DNA of 63,623 nucleotides, filler included, from Licmophora abbreviata (GCA_900291995.1; 13 parts of 13 records of this genome joined end to end with filler, not necessarily neighbours in it); one strand, 5' to 3'; counted from the first letter of the whole stretch, positions 33,873 to 46,386 are shown. A program made the numbers and translations. The notes: generated by a model from the letters alone, not told the origin.

Positions 33873-35319
33873 ATGAGCAAGTTTTTGTTTTTCGCTTCGC
33901 TGCTATCTCTCGCAAACACAGGTCTTTTGACAGACAGAGTCGCTGCCTTTGTGGTGGTGTCCCCAGCTTCACGCGAGAGAAGCCATGGACAAGATTCGGC
34001 GACGAGTATGTACCAGTCGTCTCGTAACAATCCCGAAGACATGTATGCGGCAGTCCATCGCAAAGAGTATGAAATGAAAAACGTCAAGGCACAACATACT
34101 TCACTATCTGATCCAGTTCGAATGGCCATGTCCTATGCGCAAGAAACTGAATCGCCAATGCGACTGGCCAAGGCGCTTCGTCGCGTCTACGATGATACCG
34201 AGAACCCCGCCAATCCAGCGTACGTTTCCAGCTCAGCTGAACAACAAACCCGAGCCAAGAAGCTAATGGATATTGGCATGGCAGAAATGGGCATGCGTCG
34301 TGGGAGCTTCATTGTCGACATCAAGTGAAAGTCGCTTAGTCGACCCCGTGAGACGTTCTGCAACTACGATGATGCAGGGATGGTCGCCGACGCAATGGTC
34401 CGCTNNNNNNNNNNNNNNNNNNNNNNNNNNNNNNNNNNNNNNNNNNNNTTAATTAATTAANNNNNNNNNNNNNNNNNNNNNNNNNNNNNNNNNNNNNNNN
34501 NNNNCTGCAACTACGATGATGCAGGGATGGTCGCCGACGCAATGGTCCGCTTGGGTGCCGACGCGGTTGTTGTCAATGTAGATTATCAGTCATACGGAGG
34601 AGACTTGGCAGGTGCATTAGTGAGGGGTCTCTTTTTATTGCATTTATTGAATACTGCACTCAACACTCACGGGATTACTTGTTACTTTCGCCCGCATAGA
34701 ACTCAAGTCGGCTGTACGAGCTGTTCGACGAGCATCAGACACAGCCGCTGTCGTCATGAAGGACATTGTCGTCGATGAGATCCAGCTAGGACTTGCAAAA
34801 GAAGCTGGTGCCGATGGAATAGTGTTGATTACGTCCGTACTTGGACCAGCACTGGATAACTTTCTCAATCTTGCAACAGCGATGGGTCTCGAGACGATTG
34901 TCGAATGCCATACTCGCAACGAAGTCCAGCGGGCGATCGACGCGCTGGCTCCCAACATTCTTGTGAGCAACTACGATCGTGTACAACAACAGTATTTTCC
35001 AGATCAAGCTATCAAGCTGGCGGGAATGTTTCCGGGATCAGGCGGACCCATTATTTGTCTGGCTGGTGGTGGCATTGAAGACACGGATCAAATGAAGAAA
35101 CACTTGGCTGTCGGATACGATGGGGTCATTATTGGGAAAGCCGTCATGGGAAGCCCGAATGCGCCTGAGTTCATCCGCGCTGTACGTGACAGGACACTTC
35201 TGCCTGCAGAGTTCTCTCAGTGGGGATTGGATGATGTAGAGTTTGACATGGAAGGGAACGTTATGCAGGGCCCGAAGAAAGGGATTCCGAATGCTGATGA
35301 CAAGGATGTCTACCAGTAA
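33873..35319 (+). CDS. Plastid-targeted indole-3-glycerol-phosphate synthase (TrpC)-like protein; in-frame TGA at 34326-34328, false gap, intron 34612-34699
   Basis: Signal peptide + VAA|F; IVDIK*KS, MKDIVVDEIQL...AGADGIVLI, ETIVECHT, GYDGVIIGKAVM align to the TrpC TIM barrel. Confidence 0.75.
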
Positions 35320-35606
35320 TCATGAAACTACTGTGTTGTCATCGAAGCTTAGTTAGCGTTTGTGGATAGTGAAGGATGAATAGAAGCGACGAGCTGTCCG
35401 CCGTGTAGAAGCATCAGTCTCGCCGCCGCCAAAGCAAGCTCAAACGAGAGGACGATCGAGCTCTGAGAACGTTTTGTTGCTCGATGAGACTTCGAATTCA
35501 ATGTCTTTTTGACGCGGGCCACACAAAGAAGTCACAATGACGACGCGACTCTGCGACTAGAGGGAGGGAGAGACGTAAGCCTTCCAAGTTTATAGGGTGA
35601 ATCACT

Positions 35607-37718
35607 ATGCTACTGGGAGATGAGATTACAAGCGAGGGATTGAAGAAGGAGCTTGCGGCTGCTGAAAAAGCGTTGGCAAAGAACGAAAAGAAGCGACGGC
35701 GAATCCAGGACACGGATGGAGGGCAATTTGTTTCGCCGAGAGATCGGCTGTTGCTGTTGGGAGATACAGTCGAAGGCTTGGCACTGGCTCGCGATGCGGC
35801 CGTGTGGGCGAAGGATCGGAAGAATTTACAAGAAGATATCATGGTAGATGCCAGGCAATGCGTAGCTCTTGGCGAATTATTACTGCTTCATAGTGCGGAC
35901 GTGCAGGCCGAATCCGACAACGGTGGAGGGATGTTTGATACCCTATTGAAAGAGGAATACGAGCCGCTTCAACGCTTTGTTCGACAAGGGCTTATTATCA
36001 ACTTGCGGAAGCTTCTTCGAGACGTTGGATATCCTTCCCCAGATTCTTGCTCGCGCTTGTTAACACAGGGCTACGACGACGGAGCGACCAACACTGTGTC
36101 GTCGTGCTGCTACTGGCTGACCATGCTTCAGACGGTTCAGATGAAGTTCCAGTCAAGGCTCAGTGTGTCAGATACCGCGTCGCCGTGGGACGCCATTGTC
36201 GAACTTTGTCGGCCGCTCGTCGAACGTGTTTGCTATCACTTTGTCGAACAATCTGAAGATCGCGTCAGCTCGACTCGTATTGACCGACTCCCCGAATGGT
36301 TATTCACTTACCTCCGGGAAAATTTCTTTGAGGGTGACCCATGGGACTATGTATCGAGTCTTCCTTGGATCCAGGATGCGCCCTACTTATTCCTTCTTGA
36401 AGCGGTATCCTTGGCGGACTTTGTCTTGACAGACCGCCGGTTCTTTCAAAGCCCCAGCATTGTTGGCCCTCGCTCAAATCCACTCTTCTTGTCCAGCGCA
36501 GTCAACCAACTCCTTCAGTTTGATAGCTATACTCGCGAGCTCCTCCCTCCAGCATCATCATCACAGGCTCTGCCAGGCTTGACGCAGAGATTCGTCGCAT
36601 CGAACGACGAATTGTGGAACTGGTGGGTGGAGCGTGAACGCGAGGCAGCCATGTCGACTATGTTTGAGACGGAACTGACACTTCGAACGGAAAGCGGAAC
36701 AGCACCGCGTGCCGAGTTGTTCTGCTCCTTGATCCACTCCACACGGTCCAAAGCATCCTTACTGGACAACCCTGTATCGTACTTGGGTCGTGTAGCGGTT
36801 CCGGTTTGTACGCAATTCCTTGACGCCATTCATGTTGCCGCAACGGACTTGCGAAACCTCCTCAGTCAGCGAACGCTTCCAAATGACGAGAATTTGAGAA
36901 AGAGCATGGAAGAGTGGGTTGAACTTGTAAATGGGACACATCTTGCCTCCACGCTCCTTTTGCAGGGTGATACGGAACCGTATGGTCTTGTACTCTCGAT
37001 GGGAGTTCCCGCGCACGGCGACCACGATTTGGAACGCGTTGGGCGATCGATGGAGCGCTTGAGGGATGTGCTCGTGGATGAATGTGCCACCACACTTGTT
37101 GAGACGGTCTTGGCGGATCGCGCGAAAATGGCATCCTATATCATGCGTTGTTCGAACCTGCTGGCATGCACTGATCCTGTTACAAGTCAAGAACCTACTC
37201 TTTCGGCGGATCTACAAGATGCGGCTCGCGTCTTCTTCGTGGTCATGTGGGCATTGAAAAGTAAACCAATTGCTGAACCACGTGAAGAGTACGCGATAAT
37301 GGCGATTCGCACGAACATAATGGATCGACTAGCCGATCAGCTCCTCGAAGTTGCTCTCGATGCTCATGGCATGACGCCAGACATTTACCTTCCAGGCGCA
37401 ATCGCGTTCGCGACCGATGTGAACTTGCTCTTTGGAGAGCTAAGCGGTACCCCGCTTACCAGTCGCCTACTAGATGTCGCTCGGTTCATGCGCATGGAAT
37501 CTCAGCCCATGCGTGCACTACGCTCGGCGTTCTACGAACTCTCACGAAACTCCACACGAATGGAAGGCGCTGTCCCACTTCTTAGCTATTCAAACTTCTC
37601 CTCTGACGGTACGGTTCTGGGTCAGGCAGTGAGCATGTTGCGAGCGAAGGGACACGCATGGATGCAGCTCGAAGACGCGATCTCAGTTCTGAATCGACGC
37701 AAAGACATGTTCCTCTAG
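35607..37718 (+). CDS. RINT1: RINT1/TIP20-family tethering factor
   Basis: 703-aa helical ORF; RPLVERVCYHF...TRIDRLPEWLF matches the 'RF.YHF...N.LDKPEW' family motif; WNWWVERE; ends VLNRR. Confidence 0.7.
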   Translation: MLLGDEITSEGLKKELAAAEKALAKNEKKRRRIQDTDGGQFVSPRDRLLLLGDTVEGLALARDAAVWAKDRKNLQEDIMVDARQCVALGELLLLHSADVQAESDNGGGMFDTLLKEEYEPLQRFVRQGLIINLRKLLRDVGYPSPDSCSRLLTQGYDDGATNTVSSCCYWLTMLQTVQMKFQSRLSVSDTASPWDAIVELCRPLVERVCYHFVEQSEDRVSSTRIDRLPEWLFTYLRENFFEGDPWDYVSSLPWIQDAPYLFLLEAVSLADFVLTDRRFFQSPSIVGPRSNPLFLSSAVNQLLQFDSYTRELLPPASSSQALPGLTQRFVASNDELWNWWVEREREAAMSTMFETELTLRTESGTAPRAELFCSLIHSTRSKASLLDNPVSYLGRVAVPVCTQFLDAIHVAATDLRNLLSQRTLPNDENLRKSMEEWVELVNGTHLASTLLLQGDTEPYGLVLSMGVPAHGDHDLERVGRSMERLRDVLVDECATTLVETVLADRAKMASYIMRCSNLLACTDPVTSQEPTLSADLQDAARVFFVVMWALKSKPIAEPREEYAIMAIRTNIMDRLADQLLEVALDAHGMTPDIYLPGAIAFATDVNLLFGELSGTPLTSRLLDVARFMRMESQPMRALRSAFYELSRNSTRMEGAVPLLSYSNFSSDGTVLGQAVSMLRAKGHAWMQLEDAISVLNRRKDMFL

Positions 37719-37752
37719 ACAATAGTTCCGTTAACCGCCATGTTTTGCTAGT

Positions 37753-40700
37753 CTATTTCTTCTTGCTGCGCTTCTTCTTTTTCTTCTTTTTGCTAGATGC
37801 TGATGAGTCGGGTTTGTCGGACAGTAGTGCTTCCTTGGACTGCAGGTCATCCAGCATTCTAACAATCTTTCCGCAGACATTGCTGACTCCTGTGCTTTCA
37901 GTCGCTTCCTTTTGAGCGACCAAGCAGTCCTTCATCTGCTGCAGTAGCGTCAGCAAGGAAGGTTCAATCAACTCACATTCCTTCGTGAAAAAGATGAGCA
38001 TTTCTGCTGCCTTCAGAACATCGCGCACTCGTTTTGTTTTCTTCATGTCGTCGTCTTGTAGGGCGTCGATAATAGCAGCAGCCAAGACAGGGGAGGCCTC
38101 TTGTAGATGATCACACCCCCATTTATTCAGCGCATCACCATCGGCCTCGCCCTTGGCCCTGCGAAACAAGGATGTGATGAGCCTGAACGACTCGGATTTC
38201 AAGAAAGGAGACCGTGACTCCTTGGTCGCGTCAGCTAGAGGAGCGGCAAGCTTCACTTGCGCGAGTCTGGTAGCGAAGAGAACAAGAGGTTAGATTACTT
38301 TGGCATTTGCATCTCTTCGCATGCGTGAGTACATACCCCGGCGTCTGCTGGATCATATCTTCGAAGAGACTTGCTTGGAGCTTGGTCGTACGCTTTGAAG
38401 ACCATTCCACCAACGCGCTGCTGTATACCTCTGCCGCTGCCATTTTGCCTTCAGGATCGGACAACGACCTTATGGCCGCCCCCATGCAAGCGCTACAACA
38501 CGAGGAATGTTCAATACTGCTCGTTCTCCGTGCTTCGTCCATGACTTCTTCGACGATATCTACCACGACATCTCTGTCCGCGTGCTTCGGAAGACGGGCT
38601 TTGCATATTTTCGTCACCAACAAAACATTTAGTTTGTCGATCAAAGCCCTCTTGTCATTCTCAACGGCATATTTCTTTCCGAGGCCAGCTGATGACGCCG
38701 ATGTAAGCGACTTCTCCAGCGATTTGCAAAGGCGCAGGATCGGGATAATCATCCGTAGCACGAATTGAGCCGGAAGAATATTTCCCACTTTCGAAAGGAG
38801 AACCTCGAACAAAGTGATGCAACGAATGTGATTCAATATTTCCACTCGCTCTCGCGCCAAGCGTCCCACCTTTCTCGCATCCTGTTTCAGTTTGATCAAC
38901 TGAGCGAGAGCAGCGTCTGCCCCCGCATGATGTTCAAGTACCCCTTCCTCGTTCTCGCTCATGTCGGCATCGCTGTCTTCAAGGAGAAACGACTTGAGCT
39001 GGCCGGGATCAATTTCGACGTCTTCGTCTCCCTCTTTGTCGTCGCTGACACTCAAAGGGCTCTGGGGGGAGCTTGTTGACATCTCGTCATCATTGGAATC
39101 ATCGCCAACGTTGAGTGCTTCCCCCATTGAGCTCGAGAATACAACTTCATTCTCGCTTTCTTCGTCACTTCTCATCTCGCCGTCGGCCTCCTCTTCGTAT
39201 GCACCATCCTCAACCGATACACCGATCGAGCGAAGAAGAACCTGAAGGAGATTATCGTCAAAGAGAACAGCATTGTCTGTCTCCTTTCGATCCGTTCCAG
39301 ATGCCGTGCATGAAGCCAAGCAACCAGTCCACGCATGTCGAACAGCGTCGCGCAACAACTTCGGCGCAGCACCACGGGCCTGACTGCCGACACAGAATTC
39401 CGATGACAGTACATTAGTGCAGATCTCCGCCATTCCCGCTAGTGGGTTAGACCCCTCTTCGACCATGCCCTCGTCTTCGTGGTATTTGACAAGATCCGAT
39501 AGAACGTGGTTCATGTCTGAGAGGAGCTCTTTAACATCAGACACCTCGTTGTCTTCATCCAACTCCGTGTCGTCCTCAATGTTGTCCGCCGCCCCGCACG
39601 TCAAGAGATGAAGATATAAGGTTGACGACAGGATCGATGTAGATACGAGGCACTTCTTGATCGCAGTGGAAGCCACGTCAGTCTTAGTGATCGACTCTGC
39701 GGCTTTCTTTTGCAATTCGAACACAAAACGAGACGGTTCAAATCCCTCGTTGTCAATCATCGGATCGTCTGTGTCTTTTTGCTCTAGTGGTGCAAACTGC
39801 TCTGCGCCGTGCGCAAGCATCAGCTCCCACCCACGGCAGACATCAGATAATGTATGGAACGCACGCATTTCTTTATTTTCTTTCACTTTGGCGGCATCGA
39901 CAGCTGCTTGCTTAGGCGGAACGGAAGAATAGTCGGCCAGTAACGAAAAGAACCTAGCAGAAAGCGCAACCCTCACTGAACGGGGTAGGCATTCTCTGTC
40001 ACCCAGAAGTGATTTGACACGAAGTGCTGAGGTAACCGTCGGATGAGCATGAGAGCCCTCGAGCTTTCCCTTGCTCTTCCGCTTTTGCTTAACATTTTGA
40101 TCGACAGCGAAGCCTGAGCAATCAAAGAATGCTGAAGCCATCAAGAAGCCTGAAATTTCGAGAATTGCTTTGTCTTTGAATGTTTCGTAAGTCGTCTCTA
40201 TTCGAACAAACCTCTTCGCCGCGTTGGAAAGAAGGTCCACATAGCCGAAGACTGAACTCGTTTCGTTGACGGTGAGAATTTGTTGTTCTACGAACACAAT
40301 GTATTCGTTCCAAAGTGATAGGACAGCTGCGTTTCTGGCAATCGGCACGTCAAGAGCCACAAGTGTCGAGCACGTCGATGTCTTTGTGCGTCCGTCGAAG
40401 CGTGGTTCGCATCGAAGGAAGCATTGTGCGCACACAAGGCGGCGATTCGCAACAGCATTGTCTGATTTATTGTCGACGTCGATTTCCGCATCCAGTGAGT
40501 TCAGTTCGGAATTGAGGAGCCCTTCGAGCACATGTGCAGCCATTGGCTTCAGCATATGAGATTTCGGCTTCGCGCCAGCCCCGGCGCCGATGATATCAAG
40601 GAAGAGTTTACGAACCACTATCTGCTTCAATATTGCCCCCTCCAAAAGCTTAAGATCAACGGATAGCACAAAGTTGCCGAAATTGGATGACTTGGACGAT

Positions 40701-41947
40701 CCACCCGCCAAAACACTGACTAGGCTGAGAGCTAAAGCACGTCGTTCATGTGTCGAATGACCACTTTCTTTCGATTTCGAATCTTCACCTCCCAACAGGG
40801 ACTGAATGATTACGAAATCCATGAGCGAGGTGACAATATTCATCCCCCTTTCGTTGCTTACTGGGCAAGATGCCTTGAGCGTCAACCGTTTGGCGTGGCT
40901 CTTCTCCGGGGAGTCTTTGTCGGCGGGTTCCGCGAGATATTGCCAAATTACGTCCCATACCACATGACTCCGTGGATGAACAACTGAGCTCGTGAGGCAG
41001 AGCGCTGCTGTAAGAGTTGAGATCGTTGCAGACGACAAGATTGCCTGGTTCAGGGGAGCCGGAAGATCACTCGCATGGAGGTGCGCATGGTTTTGAATGT
41101 TCAAAGCAACAGCGATCTTCTCTGCCGTGAAACTCGCGAGAGTTGTTGATTTGTGTCTCAACAGCTTTGGAACAATCACCATTCTGACAATGTTATCAGC
41201 AACAATTATCGTCTCGCCAAAATCTTGAGAGGTGTAGAAGAAGTTCAACAAGTTGATCAGTCCGTGGGCGGCGGGTTCTCTCATCCACTTCTTTTTGTTG
41301 TGCAATTCCACGAGGTCCGTGGCCAAGCCACAGGCCGTCTTAGAAACGTCAGCGTTTTCATCTGGCAAAAGCATGCCACTTCGCACGATGCCGAGAATAC
41401 CAAAAAGACGACCAAACTGGTAGTCCCTCTCTTCGGATCCTTTCTTCTTTCCAAACTTCCCGCCCTCGGCCTGCCCGGGATCGGTCGTTTTAATCAGCTG
41501 GTCTCGAACAAAATCCATAGCTGGAAGAGTGACGTCCTGATCACTGGTCAATTCCTTCTGGATTTCATCCAGAACACCCATCTTGAGCGCAATCTTTAGG
41601 AACGACGCCAGCGCGGATGCGAAACCTTGTCGCGCCCCGGCTCGCCCGGAGCAAAGCCCGTTCAGGATCCTGCGGAAAGCGTAAGTCGCATCCTTAGTGT
41701 TGGCATTCGGCCCCAACAGACAATGACTTAACAAGGCATGCGCGCACTGGGAACGCTCTACCGCAGAATCCGATGCAAGTCCATAGAAGGTATCGAGAAA
41801 GGGGACTGATCCATCTGCGGCCTGCTCGCCGCGGAGGTCCCCATCAGCATCGGGCATGCTAACATCGTCATCGCTTCCCTCTTCGCTATCGCTGGACTCC
41901 ACCTCCTGAAATTCATCATCGGGGGGGACAGGCCGTTTCTTCACCAT
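37753..41947 (-). CDS. MYBBP1A: MYBBP1A/Pol5 (DNA polymerase V-like) nucleolar protein, 1 intron (about 38270-38337)
   Basis: FYGLAS, YAFRRILNGLCSGRAGARQGFASAL, EERDYQFGRLFG, KKWMRE, DAALAQLIK; poly-Lys C-terminal NLS. Confidence 0.85.
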
Positions 41948-42212
41948 GGTGTGGCTGGGTATAGAGCTTACAAGCAACATGCCATGGACGGCGGCGAAAT
42001 TGTGAGCATATACCGCAGTATCGAACAAAAATATTGGATGGTGCTCGCCAAGGGAGTGACTCATAGCCAGTCGACTAGCTCGACTATATTCTCATGCACC
42101 TGAGCTTCCCGGTTCTGCGCTCCGTCGCCCGTCGCGACCGCACCTAAACGATAGCGGTAGAGCCAGCGAAAATTTCTCTGGCCATAAGTTAAAGCATAAC
42201 AGTGGACAGCAT

Positions 42213-43784
42213 CTAAGGGTTCGTTTCTAGTTCTTCCAACTTCCAAAGGTCGGCTTGTCGCTTCATTTCGGGCCCGCTCTTGCCGATAAGGAGGGTGCCG
42301 TCACGTCGGTCTACGATGAGATAGCCTCCAGCACCCCATCCTGCCGAGCAACAAATCAAACGCGTACGACTCCAGTCGTCATCCGCCTAAGATAACAACA
42401 TAACAAACCATGAGTGGAGTCGCATCTCATATCCCTGCGAACATTCAACGTTCTCCGCACAACGTACCTGCCATTCGTCACGAGCCCCAAAGGCCGCTGC
42501 AGTGCATGCCAGAGACCCGAACAATGTCTGCCCGATCCACTTGTCGCTTAACTGATTCTTTAAGCCAAAGATATCGCCCTGTCGCGTCCATAAGCCAAAC
42601 GTACAACTCTGTGGATGTCGCTTGTCGCTATCTGCCAATACCAATGTACCATTGTCGTTGGCAATATACAGTCCAGTCTCGACATGACGAATGCGTACGA
42701 AGCTGTGGAGCTTCTTCTTAGCGGGGGTCCAAGACTGAGACAAGAGAAAGTAGGGGTTTGAGAACGACAATACACTGCAGCGCAGTGTATTTTTACTAGG
42801 CTGTAAAGGACGAGACTTACCTTTCTCTGAAGTAGTCGGTCGGTTCGCCTTGTCACCATACGTGTTTTGTCGGTAATAGCATCGGACTTTTCATCCAATG
42901 AGTCAATCACTTTTGTCTGTTGTGCGACCGATTCGTGAAGAGAATGCGCAATCGAATGCATTTCGTCGAGATTCTGTGAAAGAAAGTCCAAGTGATCTTC
43001 CTGTTCCCGAAACAACGCTTCCTTGGGACTAGGTGGGTGTTTCACAGACGCAGCAGTAGACGACTTGGCGGAACTCTTGGGCAAGCTTTTGCTAGCTGAC
43101 GACCATGTATCTCGCTGAAAGGACAATTGCCGCTTTCGAAGTCGCGACAGGNNNNNNNNNNNNNNNNNNNNNNNNNNNNNNNNNNNNNNNNNNNNTTAAT
43201 TAATTAANNNNNNNNNNNNNNNNNNNNNNNNNNNNNNNNNNNNNNNNNNNNGACAGGTCAGTCACAAACTCCTCCTTCAACTTGCCGGCTGTCTCACTCT
43301 CGTTCGTTTGTATACCGGAAACTTCGGTCGATGCTTTGTGATACATATTGTCACAAACAATCTGACACGTTTCTCTCTGCTCGTCTGTCTCGCATGCCAA
43401 GAAAACTTGTAAATTGCAGTGATAGTTCTGGATCGCTTGCATTGCCTCCCGTGCCACCTCGGGGACATTCTCGTAGTGTCGCAACATGGCTGCATCAGAA
43501 GCTTGCTGTCGCTTCGTAAAATAGTCTTCCTCTGAAATGTCTTTACTGATTTTATTGGCAAACCATCCGGACCATGTCATGCCTCGCAACAGACGCGTTG
43601 ACTTGTCCAGAGCAAACTGAGTCCGATCGGCTGATTTTTCGGCATTCTGGAGTTGTTCGGACTGGCGCGCCGATTCTGCAAGCGTTTCTTGGCCGATCTG
43701 GACTGCCTCAACGGCAGCTCTCTTTGCAGCCAAGTAATCTTCTTTTGTATCCTCCTCTTGAAGTAATTGCTCTTGGGGTTTCAT
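42213..43784 (-). CDS. SNAP-25/SNAP-33-like Qbc-SNARE with extra C-terminal beta-rich domain; spans a false gap, 2 introns
   Basis: N-terminal SNARE motif (AVQIGQETLAESARQSEQL...STRLLRGMTWSG); second SNARE motif (QEDHLDFLSQNLDEMHSIAHSLHESVAQQTKVIDSLDEK); last exon ends LEELETNP-TAG. Confidence 0.8.
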
Positions 43785-44019
43785 CGTCGAGTGGAAGGTG
43801 AGAGTGAGATGATGTGAATCGTACTGGTAGAGAGGCGGCGTCGAATGGCGATTTGGAAAGAACTTTCTTTTTACGCGATGAGATGAGAGCGGGAAACAGA
43901 GGTGTTCGCTACGACATGTCATAGGATACCATTTACGTCAAAAGAATTAAATACGATCCGTGCTCTGACGACATGAAAGTTCGAAAAGCCTCTGTCGGCC
44001 TCATTCTGGTACGACGACC

Positions 44020-44739
44020 ATGGCGGATGCAGCGGCAACACTGACAAAGGCGGATGTGCCCGCATGGGTAGGGATCTGCGGGCAATTGGCTCCGATAGCT
44101 GCCATTGTTGTATTTATGGCGCCGATTCCGACGATGCGACAAATATCGAGAGACAAATTCGTCGGTAATCTGCCTCTGCTGCCTTACTCGTCGATGGTAT
44201 CGAGTGCCTTCCTTTGGGTTTGCTACGGTGTCCTCAGACAGGAACCCAAGATTTGGTCTGCCAATGGAGTGGGACTGGTGTTTGGAGTTTACTACTTTCT
44301 GGAATTTGTACGATATTCGCCGAAACGAGCTCCGACGCTTCCTGGTAGCATCATGCAGCACTTCCAGGCTTGCTGCGCCGTCATTGGTCTGACGGCGCTC
44401 TTGACGTTGACATTACCGACGGTGCAAGCTTCTAAATTGATCGGAAACATGGGAGTAGTCTTCTGTATCTGCATGTTTGCTAGTCCTCTGGCGGCAGTCA
44501 AAGTTGTATTGGAAACCAAGTCGGCCAGCAGTATCCCGCTGCCATTCACGCTGGCGTCCGTTCTAAACTGCTTCTTGTGGTCGGTCGTGGGCTTGTTGGA
44601 CATGTACGATTTCAATGTGTACGCTCCTAATCTTCTGGGACTCTCCTTTGGCTTGATACAAGTCGCACTCAAGGTCAAGTTCGGCGGTGGGGCAGAGCTA
44701 ACACCGAGGAAGCACGCCATGGCGGAGTTATCTGCTTAG
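44020..44739 (+). CDS. SWEET: SWEET (MtN3/saliva) sugar transporter
   Basis: 7 TM; FMAPIPT, LPY, LWVCYG, ANGVG, MFASPL, TKSASSIP, YAPNLLG. Confidence 0.92.
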   Translation: MADAAATLTKADVPAWVGICGQLAPIAAIVVFMAPIPTMRQISRDKFVGNLPLLPYSSMVSSAFLWVCYGVLRQEPKIWSANGVGLVFGVYYFLEFVRYSPKRAPTLPGSIMQHFQACCAVIGLTALLTLTLPTVQASKLIGNMGVVFCICMFASPLAAVKVVLETKSASSIPLPFTLASVLNCFLWSVVGLLDMYDFNVYAPNLLGLSFGLIQVALKVKFGGGAELTPRKHAMAELSA

Positions 44740-44874
44740 TATTACTAGAGTACACTGTTCCATGAGTAATTGAATGATATGGCACAAGGACACGCCAGTT
44801 CAAAAAGTGGTTCAGCCAACTTGCCGTCGTCACACTCCTTGTACTATATGCTGTATTTTAGTATCATTTACTAG

Positions 44875-46170
44875 TCACGGCGTAACAAAATTGAAGAACA
44901 GCAATATCAACGCCGCACTCCAAATGACTGTCGCCATGTAGTGCCTACTTCGTTTCGTTCGTTCTGTCGCGTCCACCAGCAAATCTTGTCCTGTGGATAC
45001 ATTCTTTTTCGAGGACACGGCCGTGTCGTGAATCAGTTGGATGTCTTCTTGTTGTTCCGAAACGAGAGTAGAGAACTGGGACAGAAGTTGAGTTATTTCC
45101 GTCATGCGCTCTTCGACCTTTTGGACACTGTCGAGATCACTCTGCAGCCGAATTGTTAGTAAGGCTGATTCTTGTCGCAGCTGATCATCGGGTGGAACAA
45201 GCATGTTGCCGTCAATAGAACTCTGCTGGGCGTACGGCATCGAATCCTCTGCCTTCGCCACAGGCTTTCGCCCGAAGATTCCAGCCTTGGCCTTCTTGAC
45301 CGGCGGCATGGGTGGCGGAACAGACACTTCTGTCGAGGCATCTTGTTCAAAGAGCGAGATTGGTCGCCGCAGGGGTTGGGACAATGCATCAGCATCGCGC
45401 TGGTAGGTCGACAGGAACTCTGCGTTCGCTCCATCTGCGGCTGTCGCAGGTTCTTGTAGATGCTTCGGAAGGAATCGCACCTCTCTTCCGCTTGTTTCCC
45501 CGTCGTCGCCAAGAGCCTCATCCCAATAGTCTTTCTCCTGCAAATATTCACTTGGCGATACAATACGACAAGCGAGTGGCTGCTGAAAAATAGCGAATGC
45601 CACACGAGACCGCTGCTTTTGGAGAGATGACATGGGCTCCGCAATCTCTTCGCGTAGTCTCAGCAGCAGACACGCCACTATCCCGGCATAGTGCTGGGAC
45701 ATATCCCAACCAATGGTGGAGGGCACTTGCTCTCGTAGCGCTTCAATTTGATTGGCAGTTGTGGCAGCAAAGGACAGTACCGTCGACTCCAGAATCGATG
45801 CCTCTTCATCCGTCATTTGGAGTTCTTGGTTGGGGAAGAAAGGTATCGCCACGTACTGCCGCCGATTCTTGCGAATCATGTCGGCCATCTGTGACAAACT
45901 ATCATTTATGGAGCATGCATTATCAAACCAGGGATCAGAAGAAGACGTCTCAGAGTTGTCGATATCGTCGTCTTCGTGGGCCGGGTCGTCCATCCAATTG
46001 TCAACGAGATTCAGAATGACCATAGACGACGCACTTTCTTTCGATTCTGGACCATTTCTCCCAGTCAGTTCGCGAAATCCCATTACTTTGTTGCAGCACT
46101 CGTCCCATTCCTGCTGTAGATTGGAAGACGCGCTGTGTGCGACGGAAGAAGACGGTGAAAGCAACGCCAT
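44875..46170 (-). CDS. STX18: Syntaxin 18/Ufe1/SYP81-like Qa-SNARE
   Basis: MTDEEASIL, HYAGIVACL, SNARE motif VQKVEERMTEITQLLSQFSTLVSEQQEDI, C-terminal TM LILLFFNFV. Confidence 0.8.
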   Translation of the reverse strand: MALLSPSSSVAHSASSNLQQEWDECCNKVMGFRELTGRNGPESKESASSMVILNLVDNWMDDPAHEDDDIDNSETSSSDPWFDNACSINDSLSQMADMIRKNRRQYVAIPFFPNQELQMTDEEASILESTVLSFAATTANQIEALREQVPSTIGWDMSQHYAGIVACLLLRLREEIAEPMSSLQKQRSRVAFAIFQQPLACRIVSPSEYLQEKDYWDEALGDDGETSGREVRFLPKHLQEPATAADGANAEFLSTYQRDADALSQPLRRPISLFEQDASTEVSVPPPMPPVKKAKAGIFGRKPVAKAEDSMPYAQQSSIDGNMLVPPDDQLRQESALLTIRLQSDLDSVQKVEERMTEITQLLSQFSTLVSEQQEDIQLIHDTAVSSKKNVSTGQDLLVDATERTKRSRHYMATVIWSAALILLFFNFVTP

Positions 46171-46386
46171 GGTCAAGTCGTCGCCGGCGTGGGGTCGAAT
46201 GATTCGTCGATTGTTGTTCGTCGCTTGCAGATGTGCGAGCTCGCGCTCCGGAAAGTGTTCATGATGACAACACACGAAATTGAACGCACAGAATCGCGGT
46301 CGACCATGACGGGACATTTTTCTTGAGCGTGGAGGAGCGACATCTTTGTCGCGTTTCTTTGTGTTGTTGATACGAAAAGAGTAGCG

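Noticed and set aside
34326..34328. TGA as selenocysteine or evidence for a variant genetic code
   Set aside because: Aligns to Arg rather than Cys; I did not recognise a SECIS; TGA, TAA and TAG all terminate intact genes in this window
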